Under the pieces are notes generated by a model, which saw nothing but the letters and a program-made list of their open reading frames with translations, ran no database searches and was not told the origin of the DNA. This document shows, in pieces, positions 27,350 to 40,702 of a DNA stretch of 64,000 bases. Made by a program: the position numbers and the translations under genes. Position 1 is the first letter of the stretch. Each line of letters starts with the position of its first letter. The stretch is from assembly GCF_009914755.1 (NCBI RefSeq), contig NC_060926.1; one strand, written 5' to 3'. This DNA comes from the human T2T-CHM13v2.0 reference genome, Homo sapiens.

Positions 27350-28245
27350 GTCTTTCTTATGAAATCTGGTACTGTCTGCCAGCCCTGGGCAGCATTCTCA
27401 CCCCTTATTATGCTTTCCCTGGTGGTTCAGGAGTATAAAGCCTGGGAACTGCATTTTCTGACTCCACTGTCTACATTCAGGAACTGTTAATAAGGTGCAC
27501 CAGCAGGGTTTTGAAAGCTGAAAACAGGTGACATTTTTCTTCCTCTGCCAACAGTGGTGGGATTAGCGTGTGCTTTGGCAACATTAGGTTTTGGCACAGC
27601 TGGCTGGACTCTGCACCCTCCTTTTTGTCAGCAGGCTGCAGGGCTGCTGGGCTGTTGTGACACTCACAGCAGCTCCACACATTTTCCACCTTTGGTAGTG
27701 TATTAGTCCGTTTTCACACTGGTGATAAAGACATGAGACTGGGCAATTTACAAAAGATAAACATTTATTGGACTTACAGTTCCACATGGCTGGGGAGACC
27801 TCACAATCATGGTGGAAGGTGAAAGGCACGTTTCACATGAATGGCAGCAGGCAAAGGGAGAGAGCTTGTGCAGGGAAATTCCCATTTTTAAAACCACCAG
27901 ATCTCATGAGACTCATTAACCATCATGAGAACAGCGCAGGAAAGACCTGACTCCACAATTCAATGACCTCTTACTGGGTTCCTCCCATGACACATGGAAA
28001 TTGTGAGAGTTACAATTCGAGATGAGATTTGGGTGGGAATACAGCCAAACCATATCAGGTAGCATCAGCAAGCTCCTAATTCAGGGACCACAGCTCAGCC
28101 TGAACTTGACAGCCATTAGAGGCCCTCTGGACTTTTGCTCCTTGAACCCTTTTTTTGTGTGTGTGTAGGCACCTACATCCTGGTTTACATCCTTCTGTGT
28201 TGGAAGTGTCTTCACAGGTCTCTATTTTCCTGACTGACAATGATA
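27350..28245 (+). mobile_element. LTR33-like ERVL LTR split by THE1A
   Basis: GGGAACTGCATTTTCTGACTCC near the 5' end; TCTCTATTTTCCTGACTGACAATGATAC 3' end. Confidence 0.5.
27699..28057 (-). mobile_element. THE1A-like solo LTR (ERVL-MaLR)
   Basis: TGTATTAGTCCGTTTTCAC...AGCCAAACCATATCA; perfect TSD GGTAG (27694-27698, 28058-28062). Confidence 0.93.
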
Positions 28246-29479
28246 CCACCCCAGTCACAGGATGAATGGCCTGGAGCATCTTTTCAACTGCTTTCTCTTT
28301 CCCATCAAAATCCCAACTCTTCCCAAGCACTGCCAATTCCTTCCAATCAACAGCTTCCTCTTTCCTTGACCAATGCCTCTATTTCCTGTCCTTGAACTGC
28401 TCTTAAAGTCTTCTAACCTGTTTCCCTGACTAGTGAGTCACTCCATCATCCTCACCCAATAGCAGGTCAATCTCTTCAAACAACAATTTTTATCATTTCA
28501 ATTATTTGATTGAAAACCTTCCATGGACCCATCCTTACTGTCCGCAAGACAAAGACTGAACCACACAGCAAGGCATTTGAAACACATACTTATTCCTATG
28601 CCCTTATGTCTCCCTGTTCTTCCTCATGTACTATATGTGCAGATAGCCATGGATACTTGGGATTCATTCTTAAAATATATGCCTTTGCTTTCCTGCCTCC
28701 AGATCTACTTCTCATTTTCCCTCGTAGAATGTGACTCCCATCCACCACCAGTGAAGCTATTCAAATTCTGCAAGAATTAGTCCAAAAGCCACTAGAAATC
28801 TCCATCTCCAAATGGATTCCTGCTGCATTTTAAAACCTAATCTATATGATTCATCCCATTCTCAGTTTTGCACCTCAACAGGTGTGTTGTCCCTTATGGC
28901 ACAATACAGGTACCACTTAACTTTTAGTTGAATTATACTGTCTATGCTGGGCTTGATTTTTTGGTTTATCAAACTTTGAACACCAGGAAAAACATTAGAT
29001 CAAGTTCACTTACCATGTTTGTAATCCAAACTAAAACTTAACCTTACTGAGATCTGGGTGCTGTGGTCTTATCACAATTTCAGCCTTACGTTTTCAATAT
29101 TAAATGATGTACTCCAGTGAACTGCCCAAGCCTCTTTGGCAAATGGCGGTTTTATAGAGACTACTGCTTGAAATCAGTGGATCATGAGATGATAAACGTT
29201 CCCATGTATAATGTTTTCCATTGAAAGACTTTCTAATTTATAAGCAAGATCTAAGATTCTAAATGGGTAAATACATAAAGTTGATTCACATAGAATTGCT
29301 GATATTTGATCACAATTGACCTATAAAAATGACAGTTTTATATGGTTCAACCTAATAAACACATTAAAGTAAATTTTGATGCGTAGTATTTGTTTTCACA
29401 GCAGGGCTCACTTTATCTAATAAAGCACAATGAACACAACCACTTTATAACAGATAAGCCAGATGGTAAAAGGCTTTAA

Positions 29480-29725
29480 TAATGACAGCAGTAATCATGA
29501 TTAATATTCATTGAGCACTTGCCATATACCAACCATCATGGTAAGAATGCTACATAAATTATCTCTTTTTTTTTCTTATCACAGCTCAATTTTAATCACC
29601 ATTTGATACATGAAGAAATGTGCTGCTTAAAGTGGCCAAGTAATTTGTCCAAAGTCATATAGGTACTAATCGGTGAAAGAATTTGAAATAAAGAAGACCT
29701 CTTCAAGAGTTGTCATTTTTGACCA
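29480..29725 (-). mobile_element. MIR
   Basis: ATTGAGCACTTGCCATATACCA...AAGTAATTTGTCCAAAGTCATATAG. Confidence 0.65.
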
Positions 29726-30029
29726 GATAAAAGAACCGAACTCTTTTTTTTTCTCCTGGAGACATTCTGACTTTTCATTTTTTGGTCCCTATACTAGGAG
29801 GAAGGATGAAGAATAAATATAACTCATGGAAGAGCTCAAATCCCAACTCCTCCACAAAGCCTTCCTTGATCACACGGCTCTGATCCCTCTGTTCATTGTA
29901 CTACTCCATGGTCATGAACATGTCTGAATTTTCCAAATAATGATAAAGCTTCATCAGGGTAGTGAGCATGTTGAATGTGCATCATCTCCTGGAGCAAGGA
30001 GTGGACATTGTATTTCCATCCAAACACAA

Positions 30030-30440
30030 TCCATTCATTCGCCCACTAATTATTGAGTCTTAACATTGTTGGGTGCAAACAATCCTGAGATACAAGACCC
30101 AGTCTCTACTCAAAAGGAACTTACTACTGCTTAATGAGGAGATGAACAAGTGTGTCGACACAATAGCATGCAGTAAGTACCATGAAAGAGGTAGCTAGAC
30201 TGTGCTGAGAGGAGAGATGTGGGCCACCTGGAAGTGGGAGGGCAGGGGATTTACAGAGCTTTTCCAGAACTGAAACTGTTGTGGTGAAGCCTGGAAAGGT
30301 AAGAAGTCCTCGCCAATGGAAGGACTTAAGAAAAGGCTGTCCAACAAAAACAGCAGGTACAAAGGCACAAAAAAGCCTGCAATGTTTGGGTGGCTGTGAG
30401 TACTGGCATGGCTCTAGGACATGAACAAAAAAATTAGAAA
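30030..30440 (-). mobile_element. L2 fragment
   Basis: CATTCATTC...TATTGAGTCT...GACCCAGTCTCTACTCAAAAGGAACTTAC...CAGCAGGTACAAAGGCAC. Confidence 0.6.
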
Positions 30441-32809
30441 GGTGGGAGAGAGAAAAGAAATAGGAAGGAGAAATAAAGAAAGAAGGAAGAGAGCAAATTT
30501 GCTCTTGAATTTAGCAAAATTCAGATGACAGTAAAATAAGTAGCCCCATGCTCCGCAGTAAAACCAAATAAAATCCGAGCTACTGTCCGGTGGCCAGATC
30601 AATGCCAATGACCCTGAGGCCCAGGCCTACACACAAAAGAGCTTGGTGTGTGAGAGCACATGAAGTCTGACGATTTATAACAGATTTTGCAAATGGTTGG
30701 TAATACAGTGACAGTGGCACAAAAAAAGGTGATGAAAATAGAGAAGTTTCTATTTCTACCTGTTTTGATAATAGCGGCTCTTTAGCTGAACAGATGGTGC
30801 ATTTCACCAAAATCTGATGGAAACAAATCTTTACAGGCCTTCCGTGTTAAGAAATAATTTCATAGCCTTCCCAAGAGATTTGGAATGTTCTTTGTCTAAA
30901 TAAATATAATACAAAGAAAATGGTCTTTTGGAATCCGTAATTAAATAGTGTTAATGCTATAGAAGAAAGCGCGGTCTGACGGCTATCTAAAATGAATCAT
31001 AATAAAATGAGAGAAGGTTTTCCAAGTCTGGACATGTTCCTAGCAACATTCAGTGTAAGGAAGGATTTCATTATGTTTCTTTTAAAAAGTTTGTGTCTGA
31101 AAGGTTCCAGAAAGGATAGCTGAGTCTGGCCAATAGAACAGAGCTAATGGCCACAGCCAAGGTGATCAACCTCACCAAGAAGATGTCAGCTTTCCTCACT
31201 AAAAAAAAAATGTATTTTGATGGGGAATTAATAGATGTGGCAATGCAATATTTATGGATTGTCACTCAAATGAAAACACCTTTTAATATGTAACTGAGAC
31301 ACATAACAAATTTATAATGCCTTCTACATTTCAAAATTTGCATTGAATAATGGTAAAGGGCAAGGAAACTAGCCCATTGTTAACTGATTGATAGGCAGTG
31401 TGAAATGTGTTCAATATTTATATCCTTTCCACACCAACCTTCTATTTTTATTTATATGATCATTTCCTGACAAACATAATATGAACGATGTCTGCAGAAT
31501 TTTTATTAACAAAGTGCAAAGACAATACCTCTGTGTCTATACAAAACCATCTGCTAATGTCTCATGTCAAAACCTATTTATGTTATTTTCTTTGTTCTTC
31601 CTATGTTTTCTGAAGGCAACTATTTGCCATTAAATTAATCCTGTCCACCTTCGAGGCATTTATGCATTCTTCTGGCATTTCACATTCTTTGGGAAACCCT
31701 TGGGTATGCAGATTTCATTACAAAAATTCTTAAAACAAAGCAGGGTCAGGGTTTAGAAGTATAATATACCTTTCCTTTCCTAATGTAGAACCAGAAGGCT
31801 ATGCACAAATACAGTATTTCATTTTGCAATTAAGTTCAGGTGAATTATTCAAAACTTCAAAATGTGAAATATGCCATGATTATCATTATTCAAACCCCTG
31901 TAATTCTCCAATATTTTTGAATGGAAACATGGCTGAAGGTGCCCGATTAGTAATGAAAAAACAATGGTATAGCATTCTTGCCTGTAGATTCTGAAAAAAA
32001 AAAATTGAACACTTTAAATCTTCCTCTCTTTACTAGACTGTACATTCATTCAATTGACAAATCCTCATGCATGCCTTGGGACTTTTCTGTAAGGCAAGTT
32101 CTTCCCCGCCCCCCCACTGTTTCCTTCTCTCCCCAGTCTCCCCAAACACATGAAAGCAGTAACACAAAAGAGATTTCCCTGGACTGAAATGGAGGCCCCA
32201 GAACATACTTTATAATCAAGATCATACTTTGCAATGGGCAACACTTCTCCCCTGCTACTTAATTTCTTGGGGTTATACAAGATGGTAAAAAACGAAAGAG
32301 CAGCAAATCACAGCTCTTAATGGAGGGCAAGCAAGGGCAAGGTGAAGAGTCTTTTCCAATCTTCCTCAGTCTCTATCTCAAGACCATACTGCCCCAGGAA
32401 GCTCTTATTGACCTTGCAGGTCTTGATCTTTTTCATCCTAGCAACCCCTCAAGAAGTGATTTGTGCTCTGTAACACTATTTTATCACTCACATTGTTGTC
32501 TCCCATAGCTTTCCTCAAATGTCCTGGGGTGCCTATTCTGTCTATATCCCAACCCAAACAGAATGGTGGTCAACCCACCATGCAACCTGGGCGGTGCAGG
32601 GGTTCTATGCAATGAGCGCCTAGCAATCGGGTTGTCTTAGGAAGCCACGTAGAAGAGGCCTGAGTTCTTGAGGGCACACTGCCTTGTTTTTCTTTTGGTT
32701 TAAAGTTATGACCCACCAGAATACTGACATACTGTCTACTAAGGAGTTACCCTCCCCAAGAGACAATGATTATTTGCATAAGGATTTCAACAGAGAAGTA
32801 GAAGTGCAA

Positions 32810-33030
32810 AGTAGTTAGGACAAATAGCTCTGGTTCAGACAGTCTGGGTTTAAGTCTTCTACTTAAACTAGATTTAATATCTACTACTTAGATTTCATAG
32901 CCCTGTGCCTCAGTGTTCTGACTCCTAGAACAGGGTAAGAGTACTTAACACATTCTTAAGGTGGTATGAAGATGACATGAGTTAAAAGGACTTAGAACAC
33001 CTAGAACTGTGCACAGCAAGTGCTCTTATT
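32810..33030 (+). mobile_element. MIR
   Basis: CAGACAGTCTGGGTT, CTGTGCCTCAGTGTTC, CTTAGAACAC...AGTGCTC. Confidence 0.65.
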
Positions 33031-33439
33031 GCCTAAGTGCTCCAGAAATGTATTTATCATTTGTTTGGGGATCCACAACAATTAGCAGGAGACCTTGAAA
33101 TACAGGCCACTAAGGCTTTTATGCAGTTTGCTTTTGGCAGATACTCAGAGGCAGGAGGAACACCAATCTTTTGCCACAGTAATTCTAGGGAAATTTTATC
33201 TCAAAAAGAAGCCAGTTCACGGTCAGCATGATATAAAGTCACAGAACATGCCTAGAAGGTGTGCCAAGTGGAGGGTGCCTAAAAGACTTTCTACCCTTTA
33301 GCCTTGTTGCTATTTAAAAGTCAACCATTAGAGGTTCATTTCTCTAGCTTTAAGTTCTTGCTTACTAAAATGCAATGACTCTTGGATGGAAACCATATTA
33401 ATGAAGAAACAGGCCCAACTATGGGAATGAAGACAACCC

Positions 33440-33645
33440 TGAAGTAGATTCCTAATTCTTCTACTTTTCTACTGTGTCCTATGATACCGTGGATTTCACT
33501 TCCTTAAACTTCTGTTTTAGCAACTGTAAACTAGGAATAACTTACTAAGTTGCTATACGGAGTGGCAATTACAGAAAACTACATAGCACAGTGCCTGGGA
33601 GATAGGAGGCACTCAATACGTTGCAGCTCTTTTTTTGTTATTATC
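33440..33645 (+). mobile_element. MIR
   Basis: CTGTAAACTAGGAATAA...AGCACAGTGCCTGGGAGATAGGAGGCACTCAATA. Confidence 0.6.
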
Positions 33646-34469
33646 ATTCAACTCACTGGGGAGTTTATCAGATTTTTCTTAAGCGAAAATTAATCAATAG
33701 GGTATTTTGATAAGGGATAAAGAGAAGCAAAGAGGAGGGCACTGGTCAGTGGTGGGGAGAATTGGGGCAGGGGAAGGAAGGAAAAGTGGGGAATGATAAA
33801 ATGGAAGCAAACTTCACCTGCTTTGAATGTCAGGGCCTGGCCTGCAGAGGACTCTGTCTCTCCTGTCATACTGTTTTACACCTTAATTAAAGTTCCTTAA
33901 TTAAGAACAGGGAAACAGTCCTTCACATATTTATCTCTGAACTCTGATTATTCCTTGAACTTGTATCCCAAGAAAAGGGGATGAAGCCACATAAGATTTG
34001 GCAGCTGGCATTTTCATTTTCCCCTTATTGCCATTTGAACACTAGACCTAAGAGTGCATTGGATGTATCTAATCATATTAGAAAAGTGGAGAAAATAACC
34101 CAAACCAAACCTAAGAGAAGGAACCTTAAGATTTGAAAATGCAGCTAACTATAGATAAAAATCATAATGGAGGATTAAAATTTAACTTCCTCTGAGACAG
34201 GCAATAATTATTGTTAAAAACAAGCTCACTTATATCCTCTGGTTTACCCTTCCTTAGTGAAATCTGACAAGGCCTGTGTGGGTCGGAGCCTGCACACTGC
34301 TATGGGAGAGCACTGGGGCAGCTGCCTGCCTTCTCCTCCAGGCGGTCACTCACCAGCCATGTGGCACTGGCCAGTTGTTACCTCCACACACTTCAGTTTC
34401 CTCATCAGTAAAATGTGCTTGTCAGAAAATAGTTACTAAATAAATGTCAAATCCAAGCTAATTATAACT

Positions 34470-35320
34470 GAAGTCATTTATGAATTCAATATTTATTATG
34501 CATCTGCCACATATTAAGTGCTGCTGTAGACATTGGAGCCACCAAAGACGACATCATGGGAATCCATCTTTGTTCAGCTAAAGACAGGAAGGTTGCTAAG
34601 GAACACAGCATAAAGAACATTCAAATGATAAGCTGTAGAATTTGGACTTGGACCCTACTGCTAGATGAGAAACAATGAGGGTTTACCTAACAAAAGAGGT
34701 GTTTGAAAAGCTGAGTCCTATGGTGGTCAGCTGCAGGCAAGGCACCACCACTTAGTCCAGATAAGGGATGAGCAGGACCCAGACTAGGGCAGAAAACGGA
34801 AGAGGAGAATAAAAGACATGCATAAAAGATATGTTTTCAGGAGTCAACAGGACTTAGAGGCAAGTACATGAATGCATGAAGACAAGGAAAGCCAGAAGAA
34901 ACTTTGGGGTTCAGGGGAAGTGGTTTCACAGTAGCATCCACAGAGGAACTTCAAGAAGAGATGCTGGTTGGGGCACAGGATAATGTGTCTTTTGTTTTTA
35001 AATTTCATTTCATCCTATTAAAGCATTCTGTCCTTTAAGGACTAAAAATCCGGGAGAATAGAACTTGTTCAAAATAAATACACTGTGGTGAGCTGCGTGC
35101 AATAACGCACAAGACACAGGCTAGGAGGAAGGCGGCTGTGGTAAATAATTCTACCCTACCACATCAGGGACATCCTCACAACACAAGGTAAAATCTAAGT
35201 GGGATTGTGAAAGGTGGAGAAGCAATCACCAAACGGACAAGGGGAGGGAGACTAGTCCAGGGACAGGGAAGAATAAGAGCGGAGCCCATGGAGTGGAAGG
35301 TGTCAGGGAAATGCCTCCAG
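34470..35320 (-). mobile_element. L2 fragments
   Basis: CATTTATGAATTCAATATTTATT start and purine-rich antisense L2 tracts (AGTCCAGATAAGGGATGA, AGTCAACAGGACTT). Confidence 0.5.
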
Positions 35321-36004
35321 GCACCAGGACGGACAATGTCAGCAGTTACCTACTTGTGGTAATGACACAAATGCCAAAATAACCTCCCTCTCTGCCCGGG
35401 AACACACACTAACCCTCCATTCAGCACACCCCCTCAGGAAGACCTGGCGAAATGAAAACTGTAGACTGGCCTTTTTTTATTTATGTTAGGGGAAACAGAT
35501 TATTTAGCCATGACAGAAGCAAATAGTTTCCATGCACTATGCATTTTAACATTTCAGAAAGCAGTACCCTTAGAGGAAAAGCAGGTTACGGCATGCAGAG
35601 ATTATATTGGAAAGAAGCATAGACATATTCAATGCCTAGAGAGCTGGGTCCCCCAGGAAGGAGCGAATCTGGGGATCAGTAGGAGGAAATTGGATACAGT
35701 GGGCCTGGAGGGAAGGGAGGCCCAGAAATGAACAAAGGGGTCCTTAGCAGGGGGAGTGGAATGGGAAAAAATAGATATTCTTCCACTTCAAATTTTTCCT
35801 GGGGCTGAATATATGTTAGAATGCTTATATCTAAAGCCTTGAAGAAAAAGTTTCTAATATATCTCTGTGAATGATGTGTGTGCATATACACATATAAGTG
35901 CATACACATCTACTCACATATGTGTCAGTAAGTGTGTATACACAGGCACACATGCACATGATGCTTAATCCAGGGATATGTTTGCTATTGTGTAAACTCT
36001 AGTT

Positions 36005-36312
36005 TTTTTATTGTTGTTTGTTGTTTTTTCAGAGACAGAGTCTTGCTCTGTCGCCCAGGCGGGAGTGCAGTGGCTCAGTCTCGGTTCACTACACCTCTGC
36101 CTCCTGGGTTCAAGTAATTCTTGTGCCTCAGCCTCCCAAGTAGCTGGGATTACAGGTACATGCCACCACGCCTGGCTAATTTTTTGTATTTTAGTAGAGA
36201 CGAGGTTTTGCCACTTTGCCCAGGCTGTTCTTGAACTCCTGAGCTCAGGAAATCCACCCTCCTCCACCTCCCAAAGTGCTGGGATTACAGGAGTGAGGCA
36301 CCATACCCAGCC
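36005..36312 (-). mobile_element. Alu (old S / Jb-like)
   Basis: Antisense full dimer; TSD TAAACTCTAGTT (35993-36004, 36313-36324). Confidence 0.95.
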
Positions 36313-36349
36313 TAAACTCTAGTTCTTAAGCAAGGGAATGGACAATGGT

Positions 36350-37604
36350 ATGTACACTTCTGAGATGATCCCAAGGGATCATTATGATATATTTTCTCCT
36401 TTGGCAGAGGCCGGACCTAGCATCTGGCTTCAGCCAACAGAAAACAGCACACTTGATGGGATGTCACTTCGGTAGTTACATGAGGAAAGAGTGTGACTTC
36501 CATCTTACTAGTGTTGGGGCTAAGAACACGTCACCTCAAAATATGACTGTAGGAGACTAGGATATACTAGCCCCAAATATATTCCTCTGACATATTTTGA
36601 GCTGGTTATTCTGAGAAAATGCAGACACAGGAGTAGCTCTGAAAACCTCTCCTTTTGTAAAAGAAATTGACATCTACAAAGGAAATCTTCATTAGTAGAA
36701 GTATTTGTATCAGGAAGAAGGCTGCTCATTATAGAACTTTCATTACTTGAGAGCAGGAAATGCCATTCCAAAATATGCTGCTTTGAAATGCTGATTACTT
36801 CAAACTGAGGGCACCTAGGAAGGGAAGGTGCAGGGAGGGGCTGTCTCTGGGCTCCCCTTTATCTGCCTAAAGATGGATCCTCCAGGGGCGGCTCAGCTGT
36901 CATGAATCTCCTCTCTGGGAATCTTATCAAGTAGGGAGGTCTGACTCATCACAGAGAAAACCAGAGTTGGACACAATGTCCAATCACCTGTTCTTCGGAG
37001 TGTCCATTCCTCTTTTCCAGAATCAATTACTCCCCTGTAAGCTGCCTAAATGCCCCTCCTCTATCCCCTCGGAAGATGGTAATATGCTTCTAGATCTCAC
37101 TGGGTTTGGGGATATTCACTTTTCCTTCCTGTGATGCCCTATGCATGTAATAAATGTGTCCACCTTTTCTCCTACTCATCTGTCTTACATCAATTTAATT
37201 TGTAGCTCAGCCAAAGAACCAAGAAGGATGAAGGGAAGCCATCTTCCTCGCCCCTACACTAGCAAACTCTGTATTACCTTCTCTGCTGGCTCACTTTGAT
37301 GAGGCAAACTGCCACGTTGGAGAGGCCCATGTGGCATTGAACTAAGAGCTGCAACTGGCCATTAGGGAGTGAATCCCACCAACAGCAAATGAGCTTGGAA
37401 GCCAGTCCTTCTCCAGTGGAGCCTCGAGGTGACTCCCATCGCAGCCCACACCTTCAGCTAAGCCTCTGAGAAATCCTGAAGCAGAGGACACAGCTTACCC
37501 ATGCCTGGATCCCAGATGCACAGAGATTGAGACAATCAATGTGTGTTTTGTTTGAGGGTAAAGATTTGAGGTAATTTGTCACAGGACAAGAGACAACTAG
37601 TACA
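36350..37604 (+). mobile_element. MLT1E/F-like MaLR LTR split by an ERV1 LTR
   Basis: TGATGGGATGTCACTTC...GACTTCCATCTTACTAG | CTAGCAAACTCT...GAAGCAGAGGACACAGC...GGTAATTTGTCAC...AACTAGTACA. Confidence 0.75.
36512..37258 (+). mobile_element. ERV1 solo LTR, MER34/LTR48 group
   Basis: TGTTGGGGCT...CCCCTACA termini; 4-bp TSD CTAG (36508-36511, 37259-37262); AATAAA ~37149; ATATTTTGAGCTGGTTATTCTGAGAA motif. Confidence 0.8.
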
Positions 37605-37825
37605 AGCACCAAGTGTTAAACAGCTTCTCTCCATTCAAACTTTTAAGTTTTCTCCATATTAATGTTCACCAGCACTTTTTCATACTGTCTCTTAGACCTG
37701 TGAATATTTTTTCATATTATTTTAACATATACATATATTTGTTCTATTATAATGTTCTTACATTTCTTCATCCTGCTTCTGTTTCTCCTTTAAGTAAAGC
37801 TTGGTTGCAAATTATCTTTATTGAT

Positions 37826-38285
37826 TTTTTATAATTGTACATTTATTTTAGATTTAGGGGGTACATGTACAGATTTGTTACATGGGTATATTGCATAAAG
37901 CTGAGATTTGGGGTATGAATCCCATCACCCAGGTACTGAGCGTATTACCCAATGGGTAGTTTTTCAGCCCATGCCTCTCCCTCCCTTCCACGTCTAGTAG
38001 TTTCCAGGGTCTATTATTCCTATCTTTGTGTCCATGTATACGTAGTGCTTAGCTCCTACTTGTAAGTGAGAATATGCAATATTCGATTTTCTGTTCCTGC
38101 CTTAATTTGCTTAGGATAATGACCTCCAGCTGCATCCACGCTGCTGCAGAGGACATGATTTCATTCTTTGTTATGGGTGTGTAGTATTCCATGGTATATA
38201 TGTACCACATTTTTAAAATTAAATCCACCATTGATGGGTAGCTACGTTGATTTCATGTCTTTGCTATTGTGAATATTGCTGTGAA
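37826..38285 (-). mobile_element. L1PA15/16-like 3' end
   Basis: GGGGGTACATGTACAGATTTGTTACATGGGTATATTGCAT...GTAAGTGAGAATATGC...; ORF 38049-38231 resembles the ORF2 C-terminus (WYIYTMEYY). Confidence 0.88.
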
Positions 38286-40204
38286 AATCATCTTATTTAT
38301 AATCAGCAAGGAACTTATTCCCTATCAGTCCTTACACCCAGGACTGGCTCTCCTGCATATATTCAATATATAGCCTTTGCATTTGAGATATGTATGTATG
38401 TCTTAACTCCTTCTCACTGACATGAATGTAAACTATATAAAAACATTAAATAGACCTAACCATAAAGTATAAACATCTATGACCCAAATAGAATTGTGTG
38501 TACTTCACAGTTCTTCAATGCATATTGGGATTAAGTTTGCAGATATAGTACAAGCTCTTCCAAAGAAAATTCAAAGGATACTCAAAACTATCTCACAAAA
38601 AAGAAGTTAATGTCATCACCTACTGTATATATTTGAAATAAATAAGTTGCATGAAAACAAACTGTACACAGACACATATTTTAGTAGACTATAAGCTAAG
38701 AATGACAACTATCAGACCTTTATAAGATATCAAATGAGAATAATTCAAAGAAAAGTTTTACTCATATCTTACATAGCACTAAAATGTAATACTCATTATG
38801 CAATCAAATTATGAATCTGAATAAGCAAACATAAACTATGGCATTTTATTTAATTCTGAAAATTTAGAGTTAACATATCTTTCATTAAAGATAAAACATT
38901 TTTAAAAGATGTTCAAAACCTCATTTACTTGTATTTAGTACACTAAATGTAGGAGAAAGTTATACACTTATTTTAAACAATTATAATTTCCCCATATTGA
39001 AAACAACAGCTGTGGAAGAAAGTAATTAACATGATTTACTATATAATCATTCTATCATTATATGCTATTTGGAAATATAGAAGCAAAACTGAGTAGCTTT
39101 CTAGCTTGCGCTCATAAAGAAACCTGTTTTCTCAATCTTCTCCTCTTATTTATCAACTTTATATGAATAACAGTTTTGTTAATTTAGGAGAGAACATTTT
39201 ATGATATGTTTCCTTGGATTTGGGAACTCAGTCCCAGCTGCCTAGCATGTGTGGCTAGAGCCACACACCATGTTGCAAAGAGACCCACCACACATCTTCC
39301 AGGAGTGATAATGCATTTGACTATATGCCATATAGAAAATATGATGATGGATCTGAAAAGATAACCAAGTCGTATAGTTCTCTACTATTTTTGACTATGC
39401 TTTTAGGTGTTTTGAAAAGAATGATAATACCAGATGAATTAGTCCAATTACCACCCTAGAGAAAGGGACAAAGAAAATGTGCTTCCTCTCTTCACTTTAC
39501 CATCCTTATTACCATCCAATTTTCTCCAACTTATTCCTCCTACTATCTTTTGTGGTTGAAGTATGATGTTGCAAGAAGATTTAAAACTAGGCAACAATCC
39601 AAAACTTTTTCCTACATTGGGGAAAATGATTTCCAGTACCTAGATCTCTAAACATGACTAAATGCTAGTTGATACATACAATGTAAAGCTACTAATCAGT
39701 CAGCATATGTTTATTTGCTTTATTTTGGCTTCGGAGAAAGAAAAAGCTTCTACTTTGCATGCTTCCAGGAAGAGAAAACTACGATCATGTCATTCAATGA
39801 AACTTAGCTCACTGATGGAAAGTACAGGTGTAGGGGCTGGTGAATAAAGTATTACCGCTTATTTCTGAGTGGATTAAGCATCTGTGAGAGGTGTGAAAAA
39901 TTGTCAAAAGTCACTGTTGGGTGCTGTGGGTAGAAGTGAGTTTTAGAGGAGAGCCTGACACTTTGTTAATTATGGCATCAACACTCCACTAAATGTTAGC
40001 AAGGAGCAGACCTAGAGAAAGACAAGACCAAGAGGAGTGAATTCAGAACTTTCCAAATAACTATAGCCTGGGATTAGTGAACAGATTATTTCTAGCACAG
40101 ATTTTAGTGATATTTCTATCTGAGCCACAAAAGATTCAAGTTCATTCTTAAGCTCCAGGGATTGTAGTCATGATGAGACTGCCCAGAAAGGGTAGAACAT
40201 ATTA

Positions 40205-40702
40205 TTTTAAAAAATTTTTAAGATCCACAGTACATGTGCATCATGTGCAGATTTGTTACATAGGTAAATTTGTGCCATGGTGGTTTGCTGCACTTATCAA
40301 CCCATCACCTAGGTATTAAGCCCAGCATGCATTACCTATTTTTCCTGATGTTCTCCCTCCCCCTCTCCTCCGACAGGCCCCAAGCCTCTGTTGTTTCTTG
40401 GCTTTTTAATACCTGCTATTCTGACTGGTGTGAGATGGTATCTCATTGTGATTTTGATTTGCATTTCTCTAATGATCAGTGATGTTAAGCTTTTTTTCAT
40501 GTTTGTTGGATGCCATAAATATTTACTTTTGAGAAGTGTCTGTTCATGTATTTTGCCCACTTTTTAATGGTTTGTGGTTTTTTTTCTTCTAAATTTGTTT
40601 AGGTTCCTTGTAGACTCTGGATATTAGACTTTTGTTAGATGGATAGATTGCAAAAATTTTCTCCCATTCTGTAGGTTGTTTGATGATAGGTTCTTTTGCT
40701 GA
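40205..40702 (-). mobile_element. L1PA8-10-like 3' end with internal deletion
   Basis: GTATTAAGCCCAGCATGCATT 3'UTR joined at ~40381 to ORF2 sequence (MRYHLTPVR); degenerate TSD GTAG(A/C)ACATATT. Confidence 0.88.

Noticed and set aside
27028-27438. 136-aa S/L/P-rich ORF
   Set aside because: Lies in pyrimidine-rich L2/LTR fossil sequence; compositional artefact with a non-ATG start.
33750-33792. G-quadruplex-like G-runs
   Set aside because: Third loop is 14 nt and there is no promoter context; common purine-rich low-complexity sequence.
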